NCBI GenBank assembly: GCA_020348985.1
Contig: CP070761.1
Coordinates: forward strand, 2,781,509 to 2,845,508
Origin: Candidatus Thorarchaeota archaeon
GTDB lineage: Archaea; Asgardarchaeota; Thorarchaeia; Thorarchaeales; Thorarchaeaceae
Direction: 5' to 3'
DNA: 64,000 bases
In this document: in pieces, positions 38,191-47,550 of the stretch
Numbering within the stretch: position 1 is the first letter of the stretch
Layout of the letters: every line of letters starts with the position of its first letter
Program-made: the position numbers and the translations under genes
Notes under the pieces: model-generated
Told to the model about the DNA's origin: nothing
Databases searched by the model: none
Seen by the model: only the letters and a program-made list of their open reading frames with translations

Positions 38191-40065
38191 ATGATCGAAA
38201 GGGGTACCTCCGAAGTTCTAATGAGTGGAAATGAGGCATTTGCCAGAGGTGCCTTGGAGGCAGGGATTGGTTTCTGCGCGTCCTACCCCGGCACACCTTC
38301 AACAGAAATCACTACAACTCTTATGAGCTTGGCCAAGATACATGGAGTCTACGTCGAATGGAGTACAAACGAGAAGGTCGCTCTTGAAGCATGTGCGGGG
38401 GCATCTTGGGGAGGAATCGCGGCCATCTGCCCAATGAAGTCGCTAGGCCTCAATGTTGCTTCCGACTTCCTCCTTAACCTCAATCTGTCGGGTTCTGGAC
38501 CTGGCGGACTTGTCATCATTGTATGCGACGACCCCAGAGGACACAGCTCAAGCAATGAGCAGGATTCGAGGTTCTATTCAAAGGCATCGTATCTTCCTCA
38601 ATTTGAGCCGTCAACATGCCAACAAGCCAAAGACGTTGTTCCCGTCGCCCTGGACATCTCAAGGGAATATCAAATACCGGTCATTGTCAGAAGCACAACT
38701 CGGTTAAGCCACTCGAGGGGTATTGTGAAGCTGGAGAAGGTGCCAAAAAGGAAGCATTCCGCCGCGAAAGACATCCCGGATGACCTTTACAACGTCCCCA
38801 GTCCTCATCTCAGACATCGGATGCTGTTGGATAAGCTGGGTGACATAGCCATCGAGTTTAGCTCATCACCACTGAACTCAACTACCAAGACCGCAGGGGC
38901 GGACACGCTGATCATAGCAACTGGTGTTGCACATAGATACGCCTTGGAGGCCGCATCCCTATTCGACTCAATGTCATTGGAAGTAGCGAACTTGGTGACT
39001 TCGAATCCACTTCCTGGCACTCTCCTGAAAGAATGGCTTAGAGGAAAGAAGAGTGTACTCTTCGTTGAAGAGGTGGATCCTTTTGTTGAAGAGCAAGTGC
39101 TTACACTCTGCGCCAAGGATGACCTCTCAGCAATTCAGTTCTTTGGCAAGCACGATGGAACAGTCCCGTCACATGGGGAACTCAACACAGATATTGTTGT
39201 AGACGCGGTTGCGAGATCTGTCGGTCTGGATGTTGAGCTTCTCGGCGATACGACTCCGAAAACAATCGAAAAAGCGAAGGCGCTTCTCGTACCACGTCCT
39301 CCAACGTTCTGCACCGGATGCACGCACAGGAATGTATACTGGGCAATTCGCAAAATCAAGCAGCGACTTAAAGACAAACTAGTTGTTGCGGGAGACATTG
39401 GCTGCTATTCACTTGGAGTGTTCTATGAACACGCCATGGACACCATGCAATCGATGGGGTCGGGAATAGGAACAGCCTGCGGTCTCGGACAGCTCCATCG
39501 CTTTGGCTTCGAGAGCAAGGTCATCGCTGTTGCAGGGGACTCTACGTTCTACCATGCCTGTATTCCAGCACTGATCAATGCCAAACACAAAGGTGCAGAC
39601 GTGACATTCATCGTCATGGATAACGCAACTACGGCAATGACTGGATTCCAGCCCCATCCGGGCTCAAGCATTCAAGAGGATGGCATGGTACAGATGTCAC
39701 TTGACCGGATAGTAGATGCAATCGAACCAGATTTCTTTGCCCGGGGGAATGCTGCAGACATTCCGGATGCGATTGACCTCATCTGGGATGCAGTCCAAAA
39801 GGACGGACTCAAAGCCCTCGTTTTTGACAGCATATGTCGGCTGGAAGAACAGCGTCTTGGGGTGGCCTATGAGGACCAAGCCAAGGTGACCGTTGACATT
39901 GACAATTGTTGGGGCGAGAAATGCAAGATCTGTGTGGCTCAGTTCTCGTGCCCAGCTCTAGAATGGAATGAGAAAACTGACCATCCGGTAATACTCGAGC
40001 ATGAATGTATTCGGTGTGGGGCCTGTATTGCAGTCTGCCCACATGATGCCTTGAAGGAGGAGTGA
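38191..40065 (+). CDS. iorA: Indolepyruvate:ferredoxin oxidoreductase alpha subunit
   Basis: GNEAFARG, YPGTPSTE, NEKVALE, SSSNEQD, FCTGCTH, GDIGCY, GDSTF.H and a C-terminal ferredoxin. Confidence 0.92.
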   Translation: MIERGTSEVLMSGNEAFARGALEAGIGFCASYPGTPSTEITTTLMSLAKIHGVYVEWSTNEKVALEACAGASWGGIAAICPMKSLGLNVASDFLLNLNLSGSGPGGLVIIVCDDPRGHSSSNEQDSRFYSKASYLPQFEPSTCQQAKDVVPVALDISREYQIPVIVRSTTRLSHSRGIVKLEKVPKRKHSAAKDIPDDLYNVPSPHLRHRMLLDKLGDIAIEFSSSPLNSTTKTAGADTLIIATGVAHRYALEAASLFDSMSLEVANLVTSNPLPGTLLKEWLRGKKSVLFVEEVDPFVEEQVLTLCAKDDLSAIQFFGKHDGTVPSHGELNTDIVVDAVARSVGLDVELLGDTTPKTIEKAKALLVPRPPTFCTGCTHRNVYWAIRKIKQRLKDKLVVAGDIGCYSLGVFYEHAMDTMQSMGSGIGTACGLGQLHRFGFESKVIAVAGDSTFYHACIPALINAKHKGADVTFIVMDNATTAMTGFQPHPGSSIQEDGMVQMSLDRIVDAIEPDFFARGNAADIPDAIDLIWDAVQKDGLKALVFDSICRLEEQRLGVAYEDQAKVTVDIDNCWGEKCKICVAQFSCPALEWNEKTDHPVILEHECIRCGACIAVCPHDALKEE

Positions 40066-40688
40066 CAATGGTGGATAGACCGCTCAACATTCTGATTGCA
40101 GGAGTAGGCGGACAAGGAAGCCTGCTTGCCGGAGATGTTCTTGCCACTGCAGCCGTTTCCCATGGCTACAGGCCAGTAGTGGGTCAGACATTTGGTGCTC
40201 CGCGAAGAGGGGGCAGTGTACTCACTCACCTTCGGTTCTCGGATATCGATCTGGGACCGTTGATTCCATACGGAAAGGTGGACGTCCTCATTGGACTTGA
40301 GCTGATGGAATCACTGAGGGCCGCAATCTCACATTGCGGACTAAAGACTAGAGCAGTCGTCAGTCCAATTCGAGTACATACTGCAGCAACCCTCTCAGGT
40401 GAAGAGAAGTATCCTGAAGAGGGAGCTGTCCTTGATTCGCTCGCCAGCATCTGTGGTGAGGTTTATGACCTTGATAGATTGTCGGAGCTGGACAAGGCCC
40501 TAGCTTCCCGCTCCCTGAATATGTATTTGGTAGGATTTGCGGCAGGCCTGGCTGAGGAACAGCTACCGAGTAAGAAAGTCAGAAAGGCCATCTCGGATAT
40601 CGTGTCTCCTCCTGAGCCCAGCCTGGAGTCATTTGACAATGGACTTGCTGCTCTGAAAACGACACGTTCGTACAGGTCGGAAATCTAG
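40062..40688 (+). CDS. iorB: Indolepyruvate:ferredoxin oxidoreductase beta subunit
   Basis: NILIAGVGGQG, G..RRGGSV..HLR, GPLIP.G..D; overlaps iorA. Confidence 0.88.
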   Translation: MTMVDRPLNILIAGVGGQGSLLAGDVLATAAVSHGYRPVVGQTFGAPRRGGSVLTHLRFSDIDLGPLIPYGKVDVLIGLELMESLRAAISHCGLKTRAVVSPIRVHTAATLSGEEKYPEEGAVLDSLASICGEVYDLDRLSELDKALASRSLNMYLVGFAAGLAEEQLPSKKVRKAISDIVSPPEPSLESFDNGLAALKTTRSYRSEI

Positions 40689-42958
40689 ATGCCCTTCTTC
40701 TTCTCTTCGAGCGTTCTTCGGGCCTCACGCCACATTAGTTCCGCCAGAACAGTGAACATGTCGGCTACTCCCTGACCTGTAAGAGCCGAGCTTTCCATGT
40801 ACAAGAAGCCCTCGTCTTCAGCCCACTTCTTTGCCTCATCTGACGGTACTGCTCTGTCTGGCAGGTCGACCTTATTTCCAACACAGATACCTGCCACTCG
40901 CATGCCAATGGATTCGTCAGCCTCCGAGACCCACTTTATGAGCTCAGCAAAGGAACGTCGCCTCGTCACGTCAAAGACTAGTATAATCCCTGCCGCTCCG
41001 CTGTAGTACATCTTACGGACCGCCTTGAATCGGGCTTGGCCTGCTACGTCCCAAGCTTGCAGTTTGATCCCTACTCCATATTCTGATTCAGGAGGCGAAA
41101 CGTGAGTGAGTTTGACGGCGAATTGAGACCCAATTGTGGTCTTGTAGTCTTTCTCGAAAGCACCCGTGGTGTATCGGTTAACAAGCGCAGTCTTTCCGAC
41201 GGCACCCTCCCCTATGACCATGACCTTGAACAAGTATGCGTATGTATCTGGAGCGATTCCTGGACGTTGGGGCTTCGCAGGGCGGGCTCTAATCTCTGAA
41301 ATCATAGTGCTCTCAGGAGATACAACAGTTGGCGCAGCAGGTGTTACAGCCGGCTCTGCAGCAGGCTCTTGAATGTCAAGGATCTCTGCTCCTCCGATTT
41401 GCTCTCCAAACAGCTTGTCTAGCAGCGCCTCGGCTTCGCGCAGCTTCGAATCCTCAACTGCAGGAGCCGCGGAGGAGACGGTTGTCTCAACATCTATCGG
41501 CTTCGCAGCAGCCTCTGAGGTCTCAGAGGCCGCAGTAAACAGTGCAGAAGACTCCATCTCGGCCGCCTGAAAACCTGGCTGAATGTCCGCAGCTGCAGCT
41601 ATGGCAGCTCCTTCCTCCACAAGGACGGCAGTTTCAGGTGTAGTAACCTGCCTGACTTCCCCATCTGCCTCTGTCCACATCAACACAATCGGTCTGACGA
41701 TCACTGAGCCCTGAGCCTTGGGAACCAGTTCGAGCTCCATGGATTTTGTTTCGTGAGGTTCCAAGTCAAACCTAATCTGTTGTGGAGAAATGTCCATGTT
41801 GTCCTTCGGGAACCAATACAGCTTGCCAGATACTCCCCTTAATGGTTTGTCAGTCACGTTGACGACCGTCAGTTTTCCTCTCAGATTGGCTCCTGCCGCG
41901 GCCTCCCCGAGGACTTCAAACTTGGGGATAATCTGATAGAGACCCTCGATGACTTTGAGGGGGCCATTGGAGACCCCAACCAATACCTCTCTTCTCTCGT
42001 CGCCGCCCGCATCACCAACTGCGATTGAAAGGATCTTGTATCCCAAATCCACTTCGGCAATCTGTCTCAATTCTGCCATGTACAGGCTATAGAAGAGAAT
42101 CTTGTAATCAGAGGTGGCTACGACTATCTCATCCATATGGTCTGAGTTCATCTCGGCCATTCGGACAGATTGTGCATTGACGCCCTCGAGTTTAGCGAAC
42201 AGGTCGAGCTTGCTTTCTTCATTTCGATATACTCTGATGGAACCGTCGTGAGTTACAACACCAAGTTCCATCTTGCGGTCTCCCAGAATGTCTCCTGCTG
42301 CAACCGAAATGACGGGGCTTGGAAGCTCGAGTGCCTCAATTTGCTCTACTGAGTGATCCTTGACTTTGAGCACTCTGAGCGTCCTGTCCCTGTTTCCAGT
42401 GACAATCTCTTCGATTTCATCGCCAATTACATCGCAGGTACCAATAGCAAGCGGCATATCGTCCAGTTGATACCGAATGATTTCAGTGCAGTTGTTTTCC
42501 GAGTCCATTGAGAGTATTCTCAGTGTTGAATCGCTTCCTCCAGCAATTATCTCGTTTTTGCCATCACCAGTTACATCCGTTACATAGACGGATGTCACGA
42601 AGCGATCTATAGCATGTTCTGCAAGAAGCTCGAACGCACCACTCGGTGCAAATCGATAAACTTGGACCGTTCCAGCAGATCCTGCGGTCTCTCCACCCCC
42701 AATGCTTCTGCCTACAACGATCTCCATGAGACCATCATTATTGGCATCAGAGATCTTTATCGATAGGATGCTACCATTCACATCTCGTGATGCCAGAAGG
42801 CGAATGACCTCCTGGTTGGCGTCATATAGTCTGAGGACTCCATCACGGCCACCCGTGCAGAGTTCTGCGAGTGCGGAGTTCGTGACGTTACCTACATCTA
42901 TAGCACTCGTACTCAGCTCATCGTCAATCTCGAATAGTATACGAGGAGTTGTCAACAT
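40685..42958 (-). CDS. FG-GAP beta-propeller + Ig-like domain + linker + Rab-like GTPase fusion
   Basis: Seven D.xGD.x.EI..G-type repeats, a beta-sandwich, an Ala/Glu/Pro linker, then GEGAVGKT, WDVAGQ, GNKVD, ESSAL. Confidence 0.85.
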   Translation of the reverse strand: MLTTPRILFEIDDELSTSAIDVGNVTNSALAELCTGGRDGVLRLYDANQEVIRLLASRDVNGSILSIKISDANNDGLMEIVVGRSIGGGETAGSAGTVQVYRFAPSGAFELLAEHAIDRFVTSVYVTDVTGDGKNEIIAGGSDSTLRILSMDSENNCTEIIRYQLDDMPLAIGTCDVIGDEIEEIVTGNRDRTLRVLKVKDHSVEQIEALELPSPVISVAAGDILGDRKMELGVVTHDGSIRVYRNEESKLDLFAKLEGVNAQSVRMAEMNSDHMDEIVVATSDYKILFYSLYMAELRQIAEVDLGYKILSIAVGDAGGDERREVLVGVSNGPLKVIEGLYQIIPKFEVLGEAAAGANLRGKLTVVNVTDKPLRGVSGKLYWFPKDNMDISPQQIRFDLEPHETKSMELELVPKAQGSVIVRPIVLMWTEADGEVRQVTTPETAVLVEEGAAIAAAADIQPGFQAAEMESSALFTAASETSEAAAKPIDVETTVSSAAPAVEDSKLREAEALLDKLFGEQIGGAEILDIQEPAAEPAVTPAAPTVVSPESTMISEIRARPAKPQRPGIAPDTYAYLFKVMVIGEGAVGKTALVNRYTTGAFEKDYKTTIGSQFAVKLTHVSPPESEYGVGIKLQAWDVAGQARFKAVRKMYYSGAAGIILVFDVTRRRSFAELIKWVSEADESIGMRVAGICVGNKVDLPDRAVPSDEAKKWAEDEGFLYMESSALTGQGVADMFTVLAELMWREARRTLEEKKKGI

Positions 42959-43147
42959 TCAGACCTCTGGACAATGTGGATTCCAATACTGTTTGTTGTC
43001 ACTAGCGTTATGACTATGGACTCTCACAACTTGGTTATGATTGTTTCACTAGTGCCCTTTTAGTACTTTGTTGGGTTCATCACAATAGTGTCTTCTTAGG
43101 GATTACCTTTTATCTGGATGCTTCACGTGCCTCATTGGGTGACATGG

Positions 43148-43927
43148 ATGTCGAAGCTCTCAGTTCGCAATCTGAGAAAATCGTACTCGAATGACGATAA
43201 TGATGTCACCAGCGTATTGGATGGGCTCTCCTTCGATGTTGGAAAAGGCGAATTCCTGAGCATCGTTGGGCCATCAGGATGTGGCAAAACAACCCTTCTC
43301 AAGATTATTGCTGGACTCATGAGTCAAGATAGCGGTGAGGTTCTAATTGATGACATTCCTGTGGGGCTAGACCACCATCAGGTTGGGTTCATATTTCAGG
43401 AGGAGAGCCTCTTTCCCTGGCGAACTGTAAGACAGAACATTGAATTTGGTCTAGAATTAGCGAAGTTCAATCTGGATGAGAGGAAGGCCCGATGTGATGA
43501 GATGATATCTCTGGTCGGACTCAAGGGACTCGAGGACAACCTTCCGCACGAGATTTCTGGAGGGCAGGCGAGGAGGGTAGAGATGGCACGCAGCCTAGTC
43601 ACAAAACCCGCAATCCTTGTTTCGGACGAGGGGTTATCCAACCTGGATGCACAGACGAGAAACTTCGTACAGGAAGAGTTCTTGCGGGTCTGGCAGAGTA
43701 CCGGCTCCACGATCCTCTTCGTATCTCACAATGTTGATGAAGCCGTGTTCATGTCAGACAGAATCTTGGTCATGAGCAATATTCCTTCGAAGATTATAGC
43801 CGAGTATGATGTTGAAGTGGATAGGCCCAGAGACCGTGCCAGTCCAGAATGCAGGGCATATCGTTCACAGATTCTAGAAGTTCTACGAGTCGAACAGGAG
43901 AAAGCCATGAGTAGACTCGCGGCCTAG
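43148..43927 (+). CDS. NitT/TauT-family ABC transporter ATP-binding protein
   Basis: GPSGCGKTT, FQE..LFPWRTV, ISGGQ, SDE..SNLD, SHNVDEA. Confidence 0.9.
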   Translation: MSKLSVRNLRKSYSNDDNDVTSVLDGLSFDVGKGEFLSIVGPSGCGKTTLLKIIAGLMSQDSGEVLIDDIPVGLDHHQVGFIFQEESLFPWRTVRQNIEFGLELAKFNLDERKARCDEMISLVGLKGLEDNLPHEISGGQARRVEMARSLVTKPAILVSDEGLSNLDAQTRNFVQEEFLRVWQSTGSTILFVSHNVDEAVFMSDRILVMSNIPSKIIAEYDVEVDRPRDRASPECRAYRSQILEVLRVEQEKAMSRLAA

Positions 43928-44787
43928 ATTGATACTTCTTTGCGCCATCTAAGAAGTTGCTTCTCTATATACAGGAACATGTAGCTAATCAGGAAACCAA
44001 TCAGGCCAATGACAAGCATAGCTGATATCGTCTCTGCAGTTCTGCCTAACTGTTCGGTGACAATGACAAGGTGGCCAAGTCCGATTCCCCCACCAATCAT
44101 CTCTGCTGCAACAAGACACATCCAACCAATCCCAAAGCCAATACGGAGTCCTGCAAAGACTTCAGGTGCTGCGGAAGGAACCACGATTTTCTGAAGAACC
44201 TGAATCTCGCTCGCACCGAAGGTCCTTGCTACATCAAGATGAACAGTGTCGGTTCTTTTGACGCCGGCGGTTGTATTCAGAAGTATCGGGAAGAATGCCC
44301 CAATCCAAATTATGAAGACTTGTGATCCCAGGAAGTTTCCTTGGTACATTAGAATCGAAATGGGGATCCAGGCGATGGGTGGAATGGGACGAATTGCCTC
44401 AACAACCGGACCCAGGATAGAGTTCACAATCCTGTAGCGACCTATCGCGATTCCGAGGGGCACACCTGTGAGAATAGCTGCAAGGAATCCTAGCGCAACC
44501 CGAAACATACTCAGTCCTGTATGTTCCACCATTGTGCGACCCTCTGTGTCTCCTTCAGATACTAGTTTGGCGAAGGCCTCCACAATGTCTAACAGACCTA
44601 TTGGTGACTGCAGATGGCGACTTGCTACATATGCGACCAGCTGCCATATGACCAAGAGTATGGCGATTGGGGTCAGGACTCTTAGAAGAAACCGTGTGGA
44701 TCGACGTTCATCATTTCGAAGCCTCTGGAGAAATGATTCGGTTTCGGCTTCTGTTTGTCTTACGGTGGAATCCACATCTTGCGTCAT
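43924..44787 (-). CDS. NitT/TauT-family ABC transporter permease
   Basis: RPIPPIAWIP, A.TFGAS (EAA loop), LVAAEM....GLG. Confidence 0.9.
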   Translation of the reverse strand: MTQDVDSTVRQTEAETESFLQRLRNDERRSTRFLLRVLTPIAILLVIWQLVAYVASRHLQSPIGLLDIVEAFAKLVSEGDTEGRTMVEHTGLSMFRVALGFLAAILTGVPLGIAIGRYRIVNSILGPVVEAIRPIPPIAWIPISILMYQGNFLGSQVFIIWIGAFFPILLNTTAGVKRTDTVHLDVARTFGASEIQVLQKIVVPSAAPEVFAGLRIGFGIGWMCLVAAEMIGGGIGLGHLVIVTEQLGRTAETISAMLVIGLIGFLISYMFLYIEKQLLRWRKEVSI

Positions 44788-44839
44788 AGCGTCCGCGTGA
44801 GCTCGAATGGCATACCTTTTGTCTTTGTCGCTTCTAGTG

Positions 44840-45865
44840 CTAGCAGCTACATGTAGCAAGAGCATAAGTATCGTCGATGAACATGTCCAGGAAATCATCT
44901 ACTTCAGACAAGTCCATCTCTACTATATCCTGCTCAATCAGGAACACTAGATACCGTTCAATGCCAGACTTGTTCACGTTGTAGTCGTAGATAATCCGAT
45001 TGAACGCAGTCTCAACGGTGGTCTCTGCCATACCAAGCCAGTTGATTGCTATATCGAGGGCCAACGAGGGGTTGTTCGCAATCCACTCTGTGGCCTGTCT
45101 GTGAATATCGACTACCTTCTGTACGGTCACGGGATCTCCTTCAATGAAATCGTTGGAAGCTGCAAGAACGCAACAAGGATGTCGTGCCCAAATGTCGCCC
45201 GACAAGACTAATGGTTCGGCCAGCCCGTCCGCCTGCGCTCTAGCAGGGAATGGTTCCCAGGCGATGAAAGCTGGGGAATCGACGGTAAGGGAGATTGCCA
45301 TGTCTTGAGGCCTTGACTGCTCCAAGAAGACGTCGTTGACTGTCATGCCTGATTGATTCAGGGCCAATCTAAGCAAGAAGTTCTGCACCGTCGAGGGTCC
45401 CGGATGATAGATTGTCTTACCTGCCAGATCTGTTATGTCTGAAATCACCCCTGCGTCATAGAGATCCTTCTTGACCATCAGAGCTGAGCCTTCATAGTTG
45501 GCCGCAGCAAGAATAGTGACTTGTATCTGGGAGTTGATACCAAGTGTCAGGGCCGGCGCGGCGCCTAGGTAACCCATGTCAATCTGTCCTGCTTGGAATC
45601 CTCGCATCTCCTCAGCACCATTTCCATAGACAACCGTTTCGACTGTGAGGTTGGCTTCCTCAAACATGCCGTTATCCTGTGCTACTTTCAGAGCCAACTG
45701 ATGGAGATCCTGGGACAGAAAGCCGATTCTGACATCGGGAGCAGCCGGTCGTGGCCAGAAAGCAATTACCGCTACTCCGGAAAAGACAACAATAATGGCG
45801 ACTACCGCAGCTAATTCCCGATTTTCAAGACTTCGAACCAAGTGAACCGCCAATTCCAATTCCAA
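44840..45865 (-). CDS. NitT/TauT-family ABC substrate-binding protein
   Basis: N-terminal TM anchor, G.IDMGYLGAAPA, GPSTVQ.FLL, AWEPF, HPCC. Confidence 0.85.
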   Translation of the reverse strand: MELELAVHLVRSLENRELAAVVAIIVVFSGVAVIAFWPRPAAPDVRIGFLSQDLHQLALKVAQDNGMFEEANLTVETVVYGNGAEEMRGFQAGQIDMGYLGAAPALTLGINSQIQVTILAAANYEGSALMVKKDLYDAGVISDITDLAGKTIYHPGPSTVQNFLLRLALNQSGMTVNDVFLEQSRPQDMAISLTVDSPAFIAWEPFPARAQADGLAEPLVLSGDIWARHPCCVLAASNDFIEGDPVTVQKVVDIHRQATEWIANNPSLALDIAINWLGMAETTVETAFNRIIYDYNVNKSGIERYLVFLIEQDIVEMDLSEVDDFLDMFIDDTYALATCSC

Positions 45866-46034
45866 GAAACTAGTCTTATAGAGATTGAGATACAGGATTG
45901 AGGCGCGATTGCTCAGGACAGAAGTAATATCTAGTATTCTGTTAGGGTCTCAATGTGCGGTTTAGGAGATCATTCACTATCCTAGATACGCAAGAGAAGG
46001 AGTGCGATTAGGTTCACGGGTGGTGAGACCTAGG

Positions 46035-46322
46035 ATGTCTTACAATCTTCCTGAAAGTGCAGTCATTGTTCTCGGAAGACTGCTGGATGGACCAAAATCG
46101 CCCAGGGAACTAAGTAGAAGTTCTAGGTTGCCTTTGCGAACGGTCTCGTTCGCGCTTCGCAAGCTCATGGAGCTTCGACTCTGCAAGAAAGTTCCCGATT
46201 TGCTTGATATGCGCAAAGCCGTATACTGTGTCAACACTAAAAGAATCGCAGAGCTGGAGATACGTTTGGATCAGATCCGTGCGATGGCCCGTCTGTATAT
46301 GCGGTCTCTGGGACAAGGATAA
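46035..46322 (+). CDS. Small winged-helix DNA-binding protein
   Basis: LP.SA..VL..L..GP.SP.EL......RTV.FALRKL ... PDL.DMR...Y. Confidence 0.75.
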   Translation: MSYNLPESAVIVLGRLLDGPKSPRELSRSSRLPLRTVSFALRKLMELRLCKKVPDLLDMRKAVYCVNTKRIAELEIRLDQIRAMARLYMRSLGQG

Positions 46323-46471
46323 CCGTTTAGGATGCAGGTCGACAACATGGCTCACTTCAGTCCCTACTGTCTACTCTTAATGTCGATGACGTCATGAATG
46401 GCGCCTGGTCATCCACTCTTCCCCCACGTGAAAGGCTACTTTGTCCAGCAGATTGATTAGCGAGTCAGCGT

Positions 46472-46858
46472 ATGAACGAGAGTATGACCTTGCGTGACCG
46501 AATCCCAGAGCAACTCAGGCTTAGAGATGAGGTAACGTCTGTTCAGATGGATGAGGACGTCGCGGTCTTTCCAACCAGCGAGTATGTCCTATTGGAGATA
46601 TCACACAAGGTTGGCAAAATCAACGTTTTCAAGATTGCAGGTACTGTAGGAGATCTCGTCAAGAATGACAGACGAATGGTAGCGATTAGAGGCTATGGTT
46701 TCAAGGGAATCGGACTCTCTGTCAGAATTGCTCATGAGCTAAAGAAGCGAGAGAAGAGATTCCAATACGTGATGACTTTCGACACCTTCGATGCTGCAGA
46801 GGCAGACAGCGACAGTGAGCTGACGAGCGTACAGATAATCGTCATGCCGCCCGAATAG
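46472..46858 (+). CDS. Divergent Alba-fold nucleic-acid-binding protein
   Basis: VAIRGYG.KGIGLSVRIAHELK resembles Alba V.IKARG.AI..AV.VA; the terminal TSVQIIV resembles S.IEI.L. Confidence 0.55.
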   Translation: MNESMTLRDRIPEQLRLRDEVTSVQMDEDVAVFPTSEYVLLEISHKVGKINVFKIAGTVGDLVKNDRRMVAIRGYGFKGIGLSVRIAHELKKREKRFQYVMTFDTFDAAEADSDSELTSVQIIVMPPE

Positions 46859-46888
46859 CGGAGAAAACTGGAACAAGGAAAAGATCCC

Positions 46889-47500
46889 ATGTCAAACGAG
46901 AGCCCGGAGCAAGAGGATTTTGACGTCGAGTCTGTAGAGGGAGTAATCAGAGTCAAGGTCTCAGAGATTCAATTCCCTGAAGTCTGCCCGGTCTGTCTTG
47001 AGGATCCCGAGGATTTGGTGGCCATAACAATTACTCAGACACCCCGAACTGGGAAGAAGGATTCCAACATAAGCAGTGCTTGGACTTCAGGAAGGAAGGA
47101 GGTCGATGTAGCTATAGCTGCACTTGAGGCGGCTGCTACATTCTGGGTGCCAGCTTGCATGTCTCATGGCTCTAAATCGGTGAGGACTCAAAGAAAGAGA
47201 GCAGTCGCATGGGTGTCCTTCTTTGTCTTCTTCTATCCCATCTTGATATCCATTCTTCTCACTGCAACGGCAATTCATTACAACATGTCGCTTCTTGAGC
47301 CGCTCGTGGGACTAGCTCTCAGCTCGGGGCTATTCCTCCTGTTTGTAGGCTATGGGTATTATCCACGTGCTTTGGAAAAGGCAGTCCGCTTCATCGAATT
47401 AGACAGGCCCAGCAATAGTATATTCCTTCAGATAAGAGGCACGGAGTATAGGGAGATGTTTCTTGAACTCAACGGTATGAACGCGGATCTTCTCCAATAA
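46889..47500 (+). CDS. Membrane protein with putative Zn site
   Basis: FPEVCPVC ... VPAC..H, then two TM helices. Confidence 0.6.
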   Translation: MSNESPEQEDFDVESVEGVIRVKVSEIQFPEVCPVCLEDPEDLVAITITQTPRTGKKDSNISSAWTSGRKEVDVAIAALEAAATFWVPACMSHGSKSVRTQRKRAVAWVSFFVFFYPILISILLTATAIHYNMSLLEPLVGLALSSGLFLLFVGYGYYPRALEKAVRFIELDRPSNSIFLQIRGTEYREMFLELNGMNADLLQ

Positions 47501-47550
47501 CACAGGAAGACTTTGAACGTTACATTGAAATGAATAGTATCTCCAGGTAG

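Noticed and set aside
41300-41620. Low-complexity GCA/GCT-rich tract
   Set aside because: Encodes the Ala/Glu/Pro linker of the propeller-GTPase fusion; not a DNA repeat element.
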